Source: Pseudogymnoascus verrucosus (taxonomy: Eukaryota). Taken from it: a DNA stretch of 48,834 nucleotides. Every line of letters begins with the position of its first letter. Within the stretch, counting starts at the first letter, position 1. Positions 47,077 to 48,834 of this stretch are shown in pieces. The notes under the pieces were generated by a model. The model saw only the letters and a program-made list of their open reading frames with translations, was not told where the DNA came from and did not search any database. The position numbers and the translations under genes were made by a program. The DNA is taken from NCBI GenBank assembly GCA_001662655.1, contig KV460214.1. One strand, written 5' to 3'.

Positions 47077-48834
47077 CAGTGTTCCCCAAATAGTACTCGA
47101 ATACTATTCGGCATTTGCCCGAATACTCTGGCTCTGATAGTATTCGCCGAATACTCGTACGAATACTCGCCGAATAGTATTCGGCGAGTTAATGAGGCTC
47201 TTTAATGAGGCTCAACTGTAGTATAGTATAATATAGTAATTGAAATATGATAACTCTGTCTACTCGCTATCGTCATCCTCGTCGCCTATAACCCCCCAAT
47301 CCCGTAGGCAGAGTAGATATCGAAGAGTAGAAGGCAGTAATCTATTCCTTTTCTTAGTGACTATATCACCGCCGACACTAAATATGCGCTCTGACGCTGC
47401 CGATGAGGCTGGAATTGCTAGATAATCCCGTGCGATCCGTGATATAACCGGATACTAAAACTGCTTTGCTTGCCAATATTTGAGAATATTAGTATGGCGG
47501 TCGACTCCGCTCTCTTTAAGCCATCGTCGCCACTCAACTTCCTCAATTAAAGGCCTATGATGCTGATACATCTCGTCGTCGGAATCAAGCTCTCTTGGGG
47601 TTGTTATCTGCTCTGTTTCGGCGGCAATAGTAGCTTCAATGGCAGCAACCTGTATATCATTCTCACGGTCTTTATACCGGTTAAAGCAAGCTGCGAACTG
47701 CGCCCTTGCCCTATCTCGTTTTATAGCGTCTGCGCTATTTAGCATATAAAATTCGTATATACTCAAGTTGAATCTTGGGTCGTAGATAGTAGCAATTGAC
47801 GAGTGGCTTGAGCCTTGATTTGTTATAAGGTTATAGTAAGTATCAAGCTTACTATATGACGCTTTACAAGCTGTGCTAATTGCTGCTATAGTCGATGGAG
47901 CGATTTCCATTGCCTTAAGCTTATTTAAAAGCCGTAGATAGTGTGGAATACAGACGTTTAACGTTGGATAATTATCAGCTTGAACTTGCTCTGCAGGCTT
48001 GACGAATATCTTAAAGAACGCTTTGAGTCCATGTAACACTTGCCATTCTATCGATGTAATGATAATATCACGCATACTTAAATCCATCGTTTGCGAAGCA
48101 CATAAAGCATTGATCGGCTGCTCAAGCTTTAAAGCGTTCTCAAGCATATGATATGTTGAGTTCCATCGCACAGGCATGTCGAGGGACAGAGAAACCACCT
48201 GGATACCCATAGTAGATGCTTGCACTTTCAATGCATCTTTCCATGCTCGACGGTTCCGGAAGACATAGATATGTCGGCGTAGTTTTATAAGAACCGTTGC
48301 CACTTCATCTCTATTAGGAACGAAGCCTTAAGTATGAGCAGAGCCTTGCTCAAGCCTATATGATTCCGTTTGTTCTGATGGTACAGCTTTTAACATAGTT
48401 AAAGCTGCTTGAACCGCAAGGTTTATAATATGTGCCATGCATCGAACGTCGCCTTCCTTTACTGTAAAGCTCCATGGTTGCTGTATAGAAGCGATATCCG
48501 TACATACCCCTATTTCAAACTCTGCAAGCATTGCTGTATTATTCGATGCGTTGTCTCGAGTAATAGTAAAGACTCCATTTGTAATACCAAAGTCGTCAGT
48601 GATAGCTTGAAGCTGCTCTGCAAGATATTCACCTGAATGAATAGGCTCCTTTAAATGTATGATATCAAGAACACAGTGCCGGTGAACCCATTCGTTATTA
48701 ATCCAATGAACAGTTATCGCAGCGTGCTCTGCGCCATTCATTGCTGACCATGAATCAGTCGTAAGTGATAACCGTCCACCCTTTATAACATGAGCCTAGA
48801 GTTCTATTTGCAGCTTCATACGGTGGTTGCAGAA
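47077..48834 (-). mobile_element. hAT-superfamily DNA transposon (one end only; continues beyond the window)
   Basis: Candidate TIR CAGTGTTCCCCAAA at 47077, subterminal GAATACTC/GAATAGTATTC repeats and palindromes at 47095-47190, and a transposase gene. Confidence 0.85.
47260..48834 (-). pseudogene. hAT transposase pseudogene with three in-frame stops
   Basis: LTTDSWS, TRDNASNN, RCMAHIINL, RWNST and the dimerisation domain YPVISRIARDYLAIPASSAASERIFS. Stops: TAG 48796-48798, TAA 48328-48330, TAG 47455-47457. Confidence 0.92.

Noticed and set aside
47090..47195. Short palindromic repeats resembling a CRISPR array
   Set aside because: Irregular spacing, no unique spacers, eukaryotic context; explained as hAT subterminal repeats.

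Overview
Filamentous ascomycete (Pezizomycotina) genomic DNA. The style resembles Leotiomycetes such as Pseudogymnoascus, but that is an impression and was not tested. The left ~20 kb holds GC3-rich core genes: eIF6, Swi5/Sae3, an SDR, SER1, the formin SepA, a small membrane protein, a RING-H2 protein and a fungalysin (M36). The 20.8-26.3 kb region has two dispersed 5S rRNA loci. One is intact (26201-26319). The other is cut cleanly after nt 61 (21076-21136) and is followed by RIP-like mutated gene debris: a C2H2-type fragment resembling a DUF3435 Starship-captain C-terminus and the tail of a Ppo-type dioxygenase-P450. This is best read as the scar of a derelict 5S-targeting large mobile element (inference). 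Right of the intact 5S lies an accessory-looking ~20 kb cluster with no PKS/NRPS/terpene backbone gene in the window: SDR, P450, PRISE-like reductase, EthD-like protein, TRI12-type MFS, CocE/NonD hydrolase, peroxisomal enoyl-CoA isomerase, a 54-aa Cys-rich microprotein, an intronless bacterial-looking alpha/beta hydrolase and a Zn2Cys6 factor. Its promoters share an ATTTCCGA motif. A pogo-type MITE sits inside the cluster and a RIP-inactivated hAT transposon sits in the regulator's promoter. Exon boundaries were read by eye and family calls come from motif recognition, not database searches.
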